From: Limisphaerales bacterium | GTDB lineage: Bacteria > Verrucomicrobiota > Verrucomicrobiia > Limisphaerales > AAA164-E04 | Assembly (NCBI GenBank): GCA_965203425.1 | Contig: OZ241891.1 | Location: 1,775,127-1,839,126 of the forward strand | Length of the DNA stretch: 64,000 nucleotides | Reading direction: 5' to 3' | Shown here: in pieces, positions 36,605-46,935 of the stretch | Numbering within the stretch: the first letter of the stretch is position 1 | Layout: each line of letters opens with the position of its first letter | Position numbers and translations under genes: made by a program | The notes under the pieces: model-generated | Seen by the model: only the letters and a program-made list of their open reading frames with translations | Told to the model about the DNA's origin: nothing | The model's database searches: none

Positions 36605-38259
36605 TCCTTAGGCGACGCTTGCAGAGCATTCCGCCCGTTCGCAACCTTGTCTTCGGCGGCAAAATCTCCGCTCCCTCCCAACGCAAGATAAAGATCGATG
36701 CGGTTCAGAAGCCTTGCCCGGCGCACGTCAATCCCTTCAATAGCGTCCGATAAGAAGCGACGTTGCGATTCCAGAACGCTCATCAACTCTTCCAAACCCG
36801 AAGAGTAGCGCCGATTGGCCAGCGCCAGCGCCGCTTCGGACTCGGCGGCCGCAGACTGAACGCGGCGCTCTCGCTCGGCCAACAGCGACTCGCTTTGCAA
36901 CGCAAACTCCACCTCGCTAAAAGCCCGAAGCACGGCGGAAACATAGAGAGCGGCCGCCTCGCGCGTCCGAGCCTTTGACAAATCCACGCCCGCGCGCAAC
37001 TTTCCCCATTGCAAAATGGGTTGCGCTAGATTGCCGGCCAAAGTCCAAACGCCGCCCAAGCCCGCGTCCGGCAAATCTTCCGGCTCGGCCACTTGCGTGC
37101 CGGCGGACGGAGTCAGGCTAATCTTGGGAAACAACGCGGCCCGCGAAGCCCACAAACGCGCATCCGCCGCCGCCAAGCGCCGTTCCGCCGCCGCCAAATC
37201 CGGCCGCCGTTTGAGCGCTTCGGAAGGAATTCCCGCCGGCACGGCGCCTTTCAAAGGCGGCAAGGGACCCAACAATGAAATTTGTCCCGACGGATACCGA
37301 CCCAAAAGAAGCTCAACTTGTTGCAAGGCTTGATGCAGTTCCCGCCGCCGCTGCGCAACCAACGCTTCCGCATTCTCGGCGCTGTTAATCGAAAGCCGCC
37401 AATCCAACGCGGACCGCAGTCCCCGTTCATACCGTTTCTCAATCTTCTTCGCCGTTTCGCAAAAGCTGGCCGCCGAATCGCGGGCGGCCTGCAGTTGTTC
37501 CCGCGCCGCCACTGCTTCCACCCAAGCCTTGCTGATCGACGCCGCCAAAGACAATCGGCGCATTTTCCAATCGGCCAGCGAGGCTTGCGACTCAGCCAAA
37601 GCGGCTTTTTTTCCGGCTCGAACGCCTCCCCACAAATCAATCTCCCAAGAAGTGCTGAAGTTAAGCCGATAAGTCGTGTACGTTGCGGACGGAGAACCGC
37701 CTGCGGATTCGCTCGGATTGTCCGGAATCGGAAAGCCTATAAAATTCTGTTTCTGTCGAGACCCATCCACCTGCGCGGAGAGACTCGGCCAAAGATCGGC
37801 CCCGGCAATGTGGGCGTTGGCCGCCGCCGCTTCCATTCGAGCCGTCATCGCCCGCAAGTCCGGATTGCCGTCAAAGGCTTCGGCAAGCAGGGACGACAAT
37901 TCTTCAGACAGAAAGGAGTCCCACCAAAGAGGCTCGTCCGTTGCGGAAACGGTTGCCGCCCCAAACCATGCCGAGGGAATCCGCAATTCCTTTGGCAACG
38001 CCTGCCTTTCCGGCACAGACACGCAACCGGACGCCAACCCAAAAACCAGAACAACGGACACCGCCGCTTTCTTTGCAAAATCGGACGCAGTGCCAATTCC
38101 CGATTCTTGTCTGATTTCCGGCGGAAGAACGGACGAATGCTCCGCGCGATTGCGTTGGCAGTGCTTTTTTTGAGAGGCTCGCTGCTGCCCGGCAAAGACA
38201 ATGGGGAAAAGGCGGCCAATGCGGGGGCGGCAATTTATTTTCCAGCGAGCATTAGCCAT
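36601..38259 (-). CDS. outer-membrane efflux factor (TolC/NodT family lipoprotein); start uncertain
   Basis: Lipobox LVFGLASGC and duplicated OEP repeats with long coiled segments. The longest ORF (to 38379) would overlap the upstream RDD gene, and no canonical start lies close to the lipobox. Confidence 0.75.
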   Translation of the reverse strand: MANARWKINCRPRIGRLFPIVFAGQQRASQKKHCQRNRAEHSSVLPPEIRQESGIGTASDFAKKAAVSVVLVFGLASGCVSVPERQALPKELRIPSAWFGAATVSATDEPLWWDSFLSEELSSLLAEAFDGNPDLRAMTARMEAAAANAHIAGADLWPSLSAQVDGSRQKQNFIGFPIPDNPSESAGGSPSATYTTYRLNFSTSWEIDLWGGVRAGKKAALAESQASLADWKMRRLSLAASISKAWVEAVAAREQLQAARDSAASFCETAKKIEKRYERGLRSALDWRLSINSAENAEALVAQRRRELHQALQQVELLLGRYPSGQISLLGPLPPLKGAVPAGIPSEALKRRPDLAAAERRLAAADARLWASRAALFPKISLTPSAGTQVAEPEDLPDAGLGGVWTLAGNLAQPILQWGKLRAGVDLSKARTREAAALYVSAVLRAFSEVEFALQSESLLAERERRVQSAAAESEAALALANRRYSSGLEELMSVLESQRRFLSDAIEGIDVRRARLLNRIDLYLALGGSGDFAAEDKVANGRNALQASPKD

Positions 38260-38347
38260 TCCAACTCCAACAAGTTGTTTCGGGATGATGTTCCATTCAG
38301 ATTGCGAAATCGTCAAGATCGATTCAGAAAAGGCCGCCGCAAAGGTT

Positions 38348-39112
38348 TTAAGATTTCTTCTCTCCGCAAAAGAGAACATCGACTATGTCAAGCACCAAAC
38401 GCTCTTCGGAAAGGCCTCGAACATTTTCTTCCGGTATCGGAACAATCGACTGGAAGCGAGCGGCCAGTTCGGAAAAGAGACGCCAACGCGCTTCGGGCAA
38501 CAAAGCGGAGCGGCGTTGGACGGCTTGCAAAGCGGCGTCCGCCAGTTCCGGATCCACTTCCTGCCGCAGCCGCGCCATCAAGGTTTGACAATCGCGCAGT
38601 GAATTGTACTTTTCAGCTGCGTCAAGATCCGGCGGACGGAAGCGAGGTTGGGGAATGCGCACAACGACGGTTCCGGCCGCAATATCTCCCAGCCGCCTCC
38701 CTTGCCGGTCGGCAAAAGCCGTCAGCCCTCCGACGGCGTAAAAGAAGGGAAGATGATCGACGACACGCAAGAGATTGCGCATCACAATTTGACTGAACAA
38801 AAGCTTGGAGCCGGCCCCGTTCGCCACGCGAATTTGCACGATGCGCTTGCCGATGGTCTGGCCTTTTTGCCTCCACTCAAGCGCGATGCTGTAGCCGATT
38901 TCGATCCCAAAAGCGGCGAGAAACGCGATGGCTTGGGCCGTATCCGCGCTCAATACGCGAAGCAGAGTCAACGGAATCTGAATCAACACCACGCACAGCA
39001 AGATGATCCCGAAGTCAATGGACACAGCCAACAGACGAAGCACAGGGCTGGCAATCGGCTGCGAAAACTCGATGCCTTCCGGCGTCCGAACTCGAAACAT
39101 CCGAATGTTCAT
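38348..39112 (-). CDS. RDD-family membrane protein
   Basis: RLLAVSIDFGIILLCVVLI...GKRIVQIRV...ADRQGRRLGDIAAGTVVV. Confidence 0.75.
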   Translation of the reverse strand: MNIRMFRVRTPEGIEFSQPIASPVLRLLAVSIDFGIILLCVVLIQIPLTLLRVLSADTAQAIAFLAAFGIEIGYSIALEWRQKGQTIGKRIVQIRVANGAGSKLLFSQIVMRNLLRVVDHLPFFYAVGGLTAFADRQGRRLGDIAAGTVVVRIPQPRFRPPDLDAAEKYNSLRDCQTLMARLRQEVDPELADAALQAVQRRSALLPEARWRLFSELAARFQSIVPIPEENVRGLSEERLVLDIVDVLFCGEKKS

Positions 39113-39127
39113 TTCAGCGGTCGATGA

Positions 39128-40189
39128 TTAGGCTTCATTGGATAACGGAGAATAAAAGGGCCGTTCCCTTTGCATTTTGTCTTTCCCAAGCTTGCGGCGT
39201 CCAAAATGAGCGAAGAATCCAACCAAGACGACCGCTTCCACGAGGCCGAAGGCGATCTTCGCCGCATAAGGCAACTGAGGCTCGTGGTCTTGAGACAAAA
39301 ACGATTCGACCAAGCCGGCCCAAATCAGCATCAAGGCGACGCCGCAAAGAATGGTAAGCAGTTTCGGCAGGATCATCCGCATCCGTGCCGAGAGGGAATA
39401 TTGATTGCGCCAACCAGCGACGGCTCTTCCCAAAAGCAAGCCGCCCTGCCCCGCAATGAGAAAGGCCGGAATCTCAACAATCCCGTGAGGCAACAGCCAG
39501 CCAAGCAGGAAGACGGTTTCTCCCGCGGCCGCATAGTCAAAGGCAACCGCCCCCAGAATGACGCCATTGTAAAATAGCACAAGGATCGTCCCAACGCCCC
39601 AAGTGATCCCCAGACAAAGAGCAAAAATGGCCACTTGGGTGTTGTGGGTCATCAGCCTGGCAGAAAAGGCGGAATTCCATTTTTTGCTTTCCCCACCGCT
39701 ATATTCGCGAGATTCCTCGCCGGCCACGCGTTCGGATGGATCGCCGTGCAAATGAGAGAAGCCTTCGGGAATCAAATCTCCTTTGGCGGCGGGATCGATT
39801 ATCAGAACGGCGGCGCCAAAGAAACTTCCAGCCAACATAATTCCAGCCGAAAGAAGCAAAGCGCGCCAATGCCTCATAACCGTCGCTGGCCAAACGCAGA
39901 AGAACCAATCCCGGAAAGAAAAGCGAGACTGAATCTGGTTGCCATCTTGAATCTCCGCATAAGCGGCGGCCACCAGTTGCTCCAGCCAATCGCTTGTTTC
40001 TGGCCGAAGCGAATAAGTGGCCAGCTTTCCCAGCCCGCCGGCGGCGCGTTCATACAGATAATGAAACCTCTGCAGTCGATCAAAGTCCAAGCGGGCGTGC
40101 GGATCGCGCTCCAATTCCCGGACGAAGGATTGAAGTTCTTCCCAAAACGGAGTCTCTTGTCGGATGAATTTGTCCAAATCCAGAATCAT
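39128..40189 (-). CDS. SpoIIM-like (DUF95) membrane protein
   Basis: ...FYNGVILGAVAFDY...GWLLPHGIVEIPAFLIAGQGGLLLG. The start at the internal Met gives a 4-nt overlap with the DUF58 stop. Confidence 0.7.
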   Translation of the reverse strand: MILDLDKFIRQETPFWEELQSFVRELERDPHARLDFDRLQRFHYLYERAAGGLGKLATYSLRPETSDWLEQLVAAAYAEIQDGNQIQSRFSFRDWFFCVWPATVMRHWRALLLSAGIMLAGSFFGAAVLIIDPAAKGDLIPEGFSHLHGDPSERVAGEESREYSGGESKKWNSAFSARLMTHNTQVAIFALCLGITWGVGTILVLFYNGVILGAVAFDYAAAGETVFLLGWLLPHGIVEIPAFLIAGQGGLLLGRAVAGWRNQYSLSARMRMILPKLLTILCGVALMLIWAGLVESFLSQDHEPQLPYAAKIAFGLVEAVVLVGFFAHFGRRKLGKDKMQRERPFYSPLSNEA

Positions 40190-41577
40190 AGAATTTGTCT
40201 CTTTTTGATGGATAGATATTGGTTGACCACTTCGATTCCAAGTCGGTCGGCCTCCGGCATCAGAAAGTCGACGCCGCGGCTTTTTAGACGTCGTTGGAAC
40301 AAAACTAAGGCGTCCCACTTTTCGTGCCCGGCCAGCTCGCCGTAAATTTCATCCACAGAGGAAACCGCCTCATTTCCGAACAAGGGACGAACCAACCGGG
40401 GACGAATGGCGATGACCGCCGCAAGGTGCTGCCGCCGAACCAAGTCGACGTTTTCCAAAAAACTCTCCATCAAAAGCGCTTCGTCCAAAGAAACCAAAAA
40501 TAACAAAAGCGAGCGGCGATTCAAACGCAGCCGAATGCCGGCGAGCAGTTCTCGAAAGTCAGGCGTCGCGTCGCTGGTTTCCAAAGGATAAAGAGTGTCG
40601 CGGCAAGCGTTGAAGTGCGCCCGCCCGGATGCGGCCCGCAAGAAATGCCGTACCCGATCCGAATAAGTGAAAAAGCCGAATCGATCTCCCTGCCGCTCGG
40701 CCAACTGCGCAAGCATCAATCCCACGGCAAGGTTCTTTTCCAGATAGCTAGTCTGCCCCTCACCCGGCGAACGGACAGGACAAGGCCTTCCGCTGAGTCG
40801 AGAGGCGTCCAGCACTACGTAAATGTCTTGAGTCCGCTCCAACTGATAGACCTTTGTGATCGGCTTGCTTCGCTTCGCTGTCGCCTTCCAGTGAATGTCC
40901 TCATAACCGTCTCCGGGAACGTATTCCCGAAGCTTTTCAAAATCTCTTCCCTTCCCCAACTGCCGCAGCGAATGCTCTCCCAATCTTTCCCCGCGGACAA
41001 ACAAGGCGCCCAACTGTTTTCGCTCTGCCAAAACGTCCGGAAAGACCTGCACCTCGCACTTTGCCGCCAAACGAGTTTGAATCCGCCAAAACCCAAAACG
41101 CGACGCCGTCTCCAAACAAACAAACTCGATCTGTCGAAGCCCGCGCTTCACTGCAAGGCAAGGCACGCGGATCGAAATCTTCTTTTCATCACCCTCCGCA
41201 ACCACTAAAAACTCCGGCTCCAAACAGCGAACGACCTCCGGAAACGCAACCGCCGCCCGGCAAATCATCGCGCGAGGCCGTTGCCATTCCAGTTCAAAAA
41301 CAAAGTCGCCCCGCCGATGACGAGAAAGCCGAAACCGTTTCGGCACATTCGCGCGAACGCCATCCCATTGTCCCGAAGAATTCGCCAAGTCCCAAAGAAC
41401 CCAAGCGGCAAAAAATCCGCCAAACAAAAGAAGCGCCGGCCAAAGACCGGGCGCCAATACATACAAAGCCGAGCCGGACAACAGCGCAACGGAAACGCAG
41501 AAAATCAACTTTCGGCTCGGACTGCAACTCATTCCCATCGACAAGGCGAAAAGGCCGCGCCGCGGCAAACGCGTCAA
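40186..41577 (-). CDS. DUF58-domain protein (MoxR partner)
   Basis: LREYVPGDGYEDIHWKATAKRSKPITKVYQLERTQDIYVVLDASRLS. Two N-terminal TM segments. Confidence 0.85.
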   Translation of the reverse strand: MTRLPRRGLFALSMGMSCSPSRKLIFCVSVALLSGSALYVLAPGLWPALLLFGGFFAAWVLWDLANSSGQWDGVRANVPKRFRLSRHRRGDFVFELEWQRPRAMICRAAVAFPEVVRCLEPEFLVVAEGDEKKISIRVPCLAVKRGLRQIEFVCLETASRFGFWRIQTRLAAKCEVQVFPDVLAERKQLGALFVRGERLGEHSLRQLGKGRDFEKLREYVPGDGYEDIHWKATAKRSKPITKVYQLERTQDIYVVLDASRLSGRPCPVRSPGEGQTSYLEKNLAVGLMLAQLAERQGDRFGFFTYSDRVRHFLRAASGRAHFNACRDTLYPLETSDATPDFRELLAGIRLRLNRRSLLLFLVSLDEALLMESFLENVDLVRRQHLAAVIAIRPRLVRPLFGNEAVSSVDEIYGELAGHEKWDALVLFQRRLKSRGVDFLMPEADRLGIEVVNQYLSIKKRQIL

Positions 41578-42539
41578 CGAGGCACGGAAACCTTTCCTAA
41601 CGCTTGCGCAATCACTTCTTCCACGGTCAACCCCTCCATTTCAAACTCCGGCCGCAACACAAGCCGATGCCCCAGAACCGGTGCCGCCAATGCCTGCACA
41701 TCGTCGGGCGAAACATAGTCGTTGCCGTGAATAACGGCCCGGGCGCGCGCCGCCGTCAACAAAGCCTGAGTCGCCCGCGGCCCAACGCCGGAAAGAACGC
41801 TTTCCTCCTTCCGCGTAGCGCGCACCAAGTCGACTACATACACCGCCAACTCCTCTCTTACCGTCAAATGCTTCAATCCTTCCCGAAAAGCCTCGACGTC
41901 GTCCCGCGCCAAAACTGGTTTAACGGCGCCGCTCTCCAGCGCCACTTCCGGCGCATCATTTCCCAAAGAGCGCCGGGCCAAGGAAATCTCCTCTTCACGG
42001 CTCGGACATTCCATTCGTATCTTGAGCATAAAGCGATCCTTCTGCGCTTCGGGCAAGGGATAGGTGCCTTCAAATTCAATCGGATTTTGCGTGGCAAACA
42101 CGGTAAAGTCGGCGGGCAAGCGATGAGTTTCATTGTCGATAGTCACGGTTCGCTCCTGCATCGCTTGAAGCAAAGCTGCCTGCGTCTTCGCCGGCGCCCG
42201 GTTAATTTCATCCGCCAAAATAAAGGAGTGAAAAATTGGCCCCCGAATCAGATGGAACTCCGCAGTCTTAAGATTGAAAACATTCGTGCCGGTCAAGTCC
42301 GAAGGCATCAAGTCGGGCGTAAATTGAATCCGCGAATAATCGCAGCAAAGCGTCTTGGCCAGAGTCCGCACCAAAAGCGTCTTGGCCACGCCCGGCACGC
42401 CCTCGATCAAGGCGTGGTTGCCCGTGAAGATCGCGATCAAGGCATGCTCGACGACTTCCGCCTGGCCGATGATAATCTTCGCCACTTCGCTCCGCGCCCG
42501 CCGCAAAACGGCCTGCAATCTTTCTATGTCCGGGTTCAC
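41574..42539 (-). CDS. MoxR-family AAA+ ATPase
   Basis: HALIEGVPGVAKT (Walker A), ILADEINRAPAKTQAALLQAMQE (Walker B / sensor region), 321 aa. Confidence 0.95.
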   Translation of the reverse strand: MNPDIERLQAVLRRARSEVAKIIIGQAEVVEHALIAIFTGNHALIEGVPGVAKTLLVRTLAKTLCCDYSRIQFTPDLMPSDLTGTNVFNLKTAEFHLIRGPIFHSFILADEINRAPAKTQAALLQAMQERTVTIDNETHRLPADFTVFATQNPIEFEGTYPLPEAQKDRFMLKIRMECPSREEEISLARRSLGNDAPEVALESGAVKPVLARDDVEAFREGLKHLTVREELAVYVVDLVRATRKEESVLSGVGPRATQALLTAARARAVIHGNDYVSPDDVQALAAPVLGHRLVLRPEFEMEGLTVEEVIAQALGKVSVPR

Positions 42540-43738
42540 GCTGTTTCTTTGGTTTTTCCAACTTGCGCCCGCCGCAACAAGCCCGCGGCCTTTCTATAGG
42601 CTTCCACAGGAGAAATGCTCCGGGCTTGCGCTTGGCTTGCGATTTGCTGAATTTCCGCTTCGAATTGAAGAACGCCGCCGCTAGAACGGCGCATGCTCCG
42701 ACGCCAACGCTCCGCGCAAATCGGCAACAAATCCTGCGCCAACACGTGCCGCCGCAACAAGCCAGAAATCCCACCAACTGCAAACGCATCCGCCGCCAAA
42801 CGGCCAGGATCAACAAAAGCCTCCGCTTCCGGAACCCGATTCGACTTCGGCAACAAGCTCGCCGAAGAGCGCCAAACAATCAGCAGTCCAATCAAAATCA
42901 GGCTAATATACAACGGCAAAAGCCGATAACGACGCATCAAGGCCACCATACTCGCTTGAGAACGAACGCCCAAATGCGTTTCGTCAAACCAGACCTCCCG
43001 ACGCCCCATCAAAAGCCAGCGCACAAACTCCGGCGACGGCTCTTCCAACAACGCTTTGTTGCTCAAAACATAAGTGCCACTGAGAACGGTCAAAAATCCC
43101 TCACCCAAAGGCCTCCGCACAACCGTCGGAACACCGTCCGCCTCGAAAACAATCCCCCACTCGCCATCCGCATCCACAACAAATCCCCCACGGCCCAATC
43201 GAGGCAACGACTCAACGCGCAAGCCTTCCTCATCCGAAACACGCGACATTCGTCCCTCCTCAGACGCCTCCTCGCCAAATGCCCGACAATATCGTAACCC
43301 CGGGCCAAACTCCAAATCCTCGCCCGAATTTCCCGCACGATCTGTTTCTCGAAACGACCAAACCAAATGTCCCCCCGAACGCGCAAAATCCAGCCAGCGC
43401 TTCGGCGGATGCCAATCTGAAAAAGTCTCCTTCAACCGAGAAGAGACATCTCTCTTGGATTGGAAGGAGGGAGACGCCCCCAGCCAAAACATCGTTGCCC
43501 GACCGGGATTGGAGAGAGTCTCGGCGGAACGAATGAACCGGCGAACCTCCAAGCCGGACAAAGACCGAAGGGCTTCATACAATGCCCGGCAACCGAGAGC
43601 GTCCGAACGAAAGGTGGAATACTTCGGATAAGAATCCCCCTTTTCAAATCGCAACCAAACCAACCGAAGCAATCCACTCCCCAAAACGAGCGCCAGAATC
43701 AAAGCGAAAATCGCCGGTCTTGCCCCCTTCCTATTCAT
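42536..43738 (-). CDS. DUF4350-like membrane-anchored protein
   Basis: N-terminal TM, then YSTFRSDALGCRALYEALRSL. Its position between DUF4129 and MoxR is as in conserved clusters. The assignment is from memory. Confidence 0.5.
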   Translation of the reverse strand: MNRKGARPAIFALILALVLGSGLLRLVWLRFEKGDSYPKYSTFRSDALGCRALYEALRSLSGLEVRRFIRSAETLSNPGRATMFWLGASPSFQSKRDVSSRLKETFSDWHPPKRWLDFARSGGHLVWSFRETDRAGNSGEDLEFGPGLRYCRAFGEEASEEGRMSRVSDEEGLRVESLPRLGRGGFVVDADGEWGIVFEADGVPTVVRRPLGEGFLTVLSGTYVLSNKALLEEPSPEFVRWLLMGRREVWFDETHLGVRSQASMVALMRRYRLLPLYISLILIGLLIVWRSSASLLPKSNRVPEAEAFVDPGRLAADAFAVGGISGLLRRHVLAQDLLPICAERWRRSMRRSSGGVLQFEAEIQQIASQAQARSISPVEAYRKAAGLLRRAQVGKTKETA

Positions 43739-45384
43739 CCCGCCGCCCTTCGTATTTGGCTTACGTGGTCTTCGTAAGCGCGCAGCCTCGCTTCATCCAC
43801 TTCATATCGCCCATACCAAACGCGGTCAAACCCTTTCACCACAAAAGAAAACGCCTCCTCCACTCCCGGAACCTGATGCTCGCGCCGCTTCACCTCGCTC
43901 AAATAAGCCGCGTTGGACTTTGCCCTCGTGATGCGAATCAGTTGTTTGCCGTGAAGATGAGACAGCGCCGACAAATAAAAAGCCCGCAAAGCGCGGCGAT
44001 AATCGCCCTCCTCCGCAAACCGCCTCGCCCGAGCCAACCACTCATCTTCCGGCAAATCATTGGCCAACGCCGTCCAATCATCCACTTCAGGCTTGACGAA
44101 AACCTGAGGCGCCGAGCCCGGCACCGCCGAAGACTTTTGCCGCCGCAACACCAAACGACACAGCAACCAAACCAACAGCAGACCAACGGCCGCCAGCAAA
44201 ACAATCAGCAAGTGCTTGACCGACGGAGAAAAGGAACCCAACCAACCCCCCGAAGAATCGCCGCCGCGATCCCAAGATCCAAAGATCCATTCCAGAAAGT
44301 TCTCCGCCCAACGATTGACCTTCCAAAGCCAACGCCTAAACAAGGACACGCCCTCCTCACTCGCCGCCGCCGGCATCCGCCAAGTGAACTCAGGCCGTTG
44401 AACGACTTCCCGGATAGCCTCGCCAATCTCCTCCGAAGTCACTGCCTCTTGCGTCCGTCCCAACGGCGTCGCCAAGGAAAATAACATTCCCGCAAACAGC
44501 GCGCCGCCAAAAAGCCGCAACGCCAATCCCCTCCGCCCGGATTGTTCGGCCAACCGCGCCAGCCGATCCCGAATATCCAAACCAGAACGACGAGAGCGAA
44601 GATAATAATGACGCAAAACATAAACCGCCTTCGCCAAGGGACTGACCACGGCGTAAACCGCAAAGCAAACCACAACAAACACCGTGCTGTTCAGCAACAC
44701 AACCCACCACGGCGATTGGGTGACCACGGTCTCCACGCCAGTCGCTATCTTGAGCAACTTGGGAACCATAAACACCAACATGTAGCCATTCAAAAACACA
44801 AAAAACGCCCAAGCGGAAAGAACCAACAACGCAACATGGTTTTGCCGCTGCCAAACAAAAACCTCCGCTGCCGCCTCTTTGAAAGTCTGCCGCAAAGAAG
44901 CCCCTCCAACGCCGCCAATCACCGAAGCGCTTTGCCCAAAACCCAGCACCCAGCCCATCGGAACAACCACCAAAGCCGCAATCGCCCCAACCACCAAAAA
45001 CACCGCAAACACGGCAATTTGACGCAAACCCAAAAAAAGCCAATCCAACGCAGAACCAGCCGGCAAAGGCCGCCGAGAAAGAACGGCAAACAACTCCGCC
45101 GCAAACCTCGCCTGCCAAGCCCTCCACCACAAAACGGCAAGCGCCACCGCAAAGGAAAACGTCGCCAAATGTTCCCCGGCAAAGGGACTGACCGTCATAT
45201 CCGTCAAAAAATAAAGCAAAACCAATCCAAAAGGACACAGCCCAAGCAAATAAACGCACCAAGCCCGAACCGGCGCCGCAACCAACAAATAGAACGCCCG
45301 CTCACACAACTCCACCCCGCCGATTTCTTCGAAAGTTTTCCCCGCCGCCACGCCCGCTTTGCTCTCCAAACTCCGTGCCATCAC
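43735..45384 (-). CDS. polytopic membrane protein with a C-terminal DUF4129-like domain
   Basis: About 8 TM segments, then ...ARRFAEEGDYRRALRAFYLSALSHLHGKQLIRITRAKSNAAYLSEV...VWYGRYEVDEARL. Confidence 0.6.
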   Translation of the reverse strand: MMARSLESKAGVAAGKTFEEIGGVELCERAFYLLVAAPVRAWCVYLLGLCPFGLVLLYFLTDMTVSPFAGEHLATFSFAVALAVLWWRAWQARFAAELFAVLSRRPLPAGSALDWLFLGLRQIAVFAVFLVVGAIAALVVVPMGWVLGFGQSASVIGGVGGASLRQTFKEAAAEVFVWQRQNHVALLVLSAWAFFVFLNGYMLVFMVPKLLKIATGVETVVTQSPWWVVLLNSTVFVVVCFAVYAVVSPLAKAVYVLRHYYLRSRRSGLDIRDRLARLAEQSGRRGLALRLFGGALFAGMLFSLATPLGRTQEAVTSEEIGEAIREVVQRPEFTWRMPAAASEEGVSLFRRWLWKVNRWAENFLEWIFGSWDRGGDSSGGWLGSFSPSVKHLLIVLLAAVGLLLVWLLCRLVLRRQKSSAVPGSAPQVFVKPEVDDWTALANDLPEDEWLARARRFAEEGDYRRALRAFYLSALSHLHGKQLIRITRAKSNAAYLSEVKRREHQVPGVEEAFSFVVKGFDRVWYGRYEVDEARLRAYEDHVSQIRRAAG

Positions 45385-45698
45385 TCAATCATTTCCTCCC
45401 AGCCCGAAGTGTCGTGAAACCAATCCGGAATCAAAATCATCAACTTGCCCGCAAAGGCAACCAGTCCCCAAACCGCCAGAAAACCCAGAACGCCGCAAGC
45501 CGCTTCAGCCAACGATCCAAAGCGCCTCTTCCGCTCCGTTTGCGCCTTGCTCTCCGCCGCCATACAAGCCGCGCAAACCATTTTGCCTCCCACAAAAGTG
45601 ACGCACTCCCGGCAGTAATGGCGACCGCAAGAACGGCACTTGGCCGCCGCCTCCCGCTCCCAATGATGAAAACACCGTTGCTCGCGCAGCTCTTTCAT
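45381..45698 (-). CDS. small B-box-like zinc-finger protein with a C-terminal TM
   Basis: CFHHWEREAAAKCRSCGRHYCRECVTFVGGKMVCAACM, then TM GVLGFLAVWGLVAFAG. The ATG at 45698 overlaps the upstream stop by 4 nt. Confidence 0.5.
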   Translation of the reverse strand: MKELREQRCFHHWEREAAAKCRSCGRHYCRECVTFVGGKMVCAACMAAESKAQTERKRRFGSLAEAACGVLGFLAVWGLVAFAGKLMILIPDWFHDTSGWEEMIE

Positions 45699-46252
45699 TT
45701 TTCGCGTCCACTCGGTTCTCCGCTCTTCGCAACCGCCGGAGATGGAACACTTTCTCGATTTTGTCCGGTTTCCGCTTCGCCGCTTTGCGCCGCCAAAATC
45801 TTCGGCTCCAACAGCGCAATCGTCTTCACCGCCGCCCGCCAGCGATTGCACGAACCCAACTCCGCCTCCTGCACCCGAGTTCGAATCATCGTCCGCGCCG
45901 CCGGCCCTTTGACAAGCTCGTGCAGCAACAAAATCCCTAACAAAATGCTGAAAGCCTGCGCCAAGAAACGGATGACGATGTTTCCGGAAACAATCGCAAA
46001 AACAGCAAGGGCAAGCAGAAAAATGATAGAAGTTAGCCGCCAGCCAAAGTTAAGAGTGCGAACGACGGCAATTGCCTCAATGTCTCGATAGGGAATGCGC
46101 TTGTAGTTTTCCCGAACATATGAATGAGTATCCACCACCAACAGATGATCTTTGCCTAAATAAGTTTTCGATAGACCGCCGAATTTGATGAACGAACCCT
46201 TGCAAAATCCAGCGCCGGGCAGTTTTTCGTAAGTCTTTTCAGCCATTGTCAC
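45695..46252 (-). CDS. hypothetical membrane protein (soluble N-domain + 2 TM)
   Basis: 185 aa. TM segments LTSIIFLLALAVFAIVSG and AFSILLGILLLHEL. Embedded in the overlap chain. Confidence 0.45.
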   Translation of the reverse strand: MTMAEKTYEKLPGAGFCKGSFIKFGGLSKTYLGKDHLLVVDTHSYVRENYKRIPYRDIEAIAVVRTLNFGWRLTSIIFLLALAVFAIVSGNIVIRFLAQAFSILLGILLLHELVKGPAARTMIRTRVQEAELGSCNRWRAAVKTIALLEPKILAAQSGEAETGQNRESVPSPAVAKSGEPSGREK

Positions 46253-46935
46253 AAATAAAAATCTTCAAAAGACACCGCGAAAAATATCCACAACCAAAAC
46301 CCAATCTGCGCCAAGCCAAGCAAGATCGCCGCCGCAAAAACCCCATTCCCGGAGCGAACAAGACTTCCCGCCGAATTCCAGCGAAAAATTGCGTAAATGA
46401 TGGCGGCCGGCACGGTGATTATCGTTATCGGCCAAAATAGAATGGGCAACAAAGCGAGCATCAAGGCGAAGGAATCATGTCGAAACCGCTCGCGAACCAA
46501 GCCGTCCATTGTTTCTTTTTCCTGCGCAGTTTCCAAACAAGCGGGACAAAGCGTTTTTCCCTCAAAAACAATCTCGCACAAACCGCACAAATAACGCCCG
46601 CAATCCTCGCAAAGACTTTCAGCTTGTTTGGACTCGTGGAAAAAGCAGGCCGACTCCTCTTCCAGCAAAATTCGCCGTCCGGCATTGACCGTCTCCTTCC
46701 TTGTCAAAGCTGGATATAAACGCACGGTCAACGCTTTTTCGCAGGTCGGACAAGAATTCATCGCCGCGCTTTGCAACTCGCTAATCAGAATGTCGCCGTC
46801 GCAGGCCGGACAACGCAAGGGCGGCGGCGCTTGCCGTTCATTCGCCGATCCAACTGTCCGCTGCGTTTCCGCAACCGGCCGGTTTTCCAAGTTCGCTTGT
46901 CCGCCGGACGGCGTTGCTGGCGGCGGGATGTTCAT
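46249..46935 (-). CDS. zinc-ribbon + B-box-like zinc-finger membrane protein
   Basis: CPACDG...CPTCEK, then CFFHESKQAESLCEDCGRYLCGLCEIVFEGKTLCPACL, then 3 TM segments. Confidence 0.55.
   Translation of the reverse strand: MNIPPPATPSGGQANLENRPVAETQRTVGSANERQAPPPLRCPACDGDILISELQSAAMNSCPTCEKALTVRLYPALTRKETVNAGRRILLEEESACFFHESKQAESLCEDCGRYLCGLCEIVFEGKTLCPACLETAQEKETMDGLVRERFRHDSFALMLALLPILFWPITIITVPAAIIYAIFRWNSAGSLVRSGNGVFAAAILLGLAQIGFWLWIFFAVSFEDFYL

Noticed and set aside
37282-38796. 504-aa plus-strand ORF across the efflux OMF and RDD genes
   Set aside because: It is antisense to two genes with clear family signatures. The product is Arg/Pro/Gly-rich low complexity.
43582-45417. 300-aa and 291-aa plus-strand ORFs rich in P, R, Q and N
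   Set aside because: They are antisense to the polytopic DUF4129-like membrane gene. They are composition artefacts of an A/C-rich plus strand.
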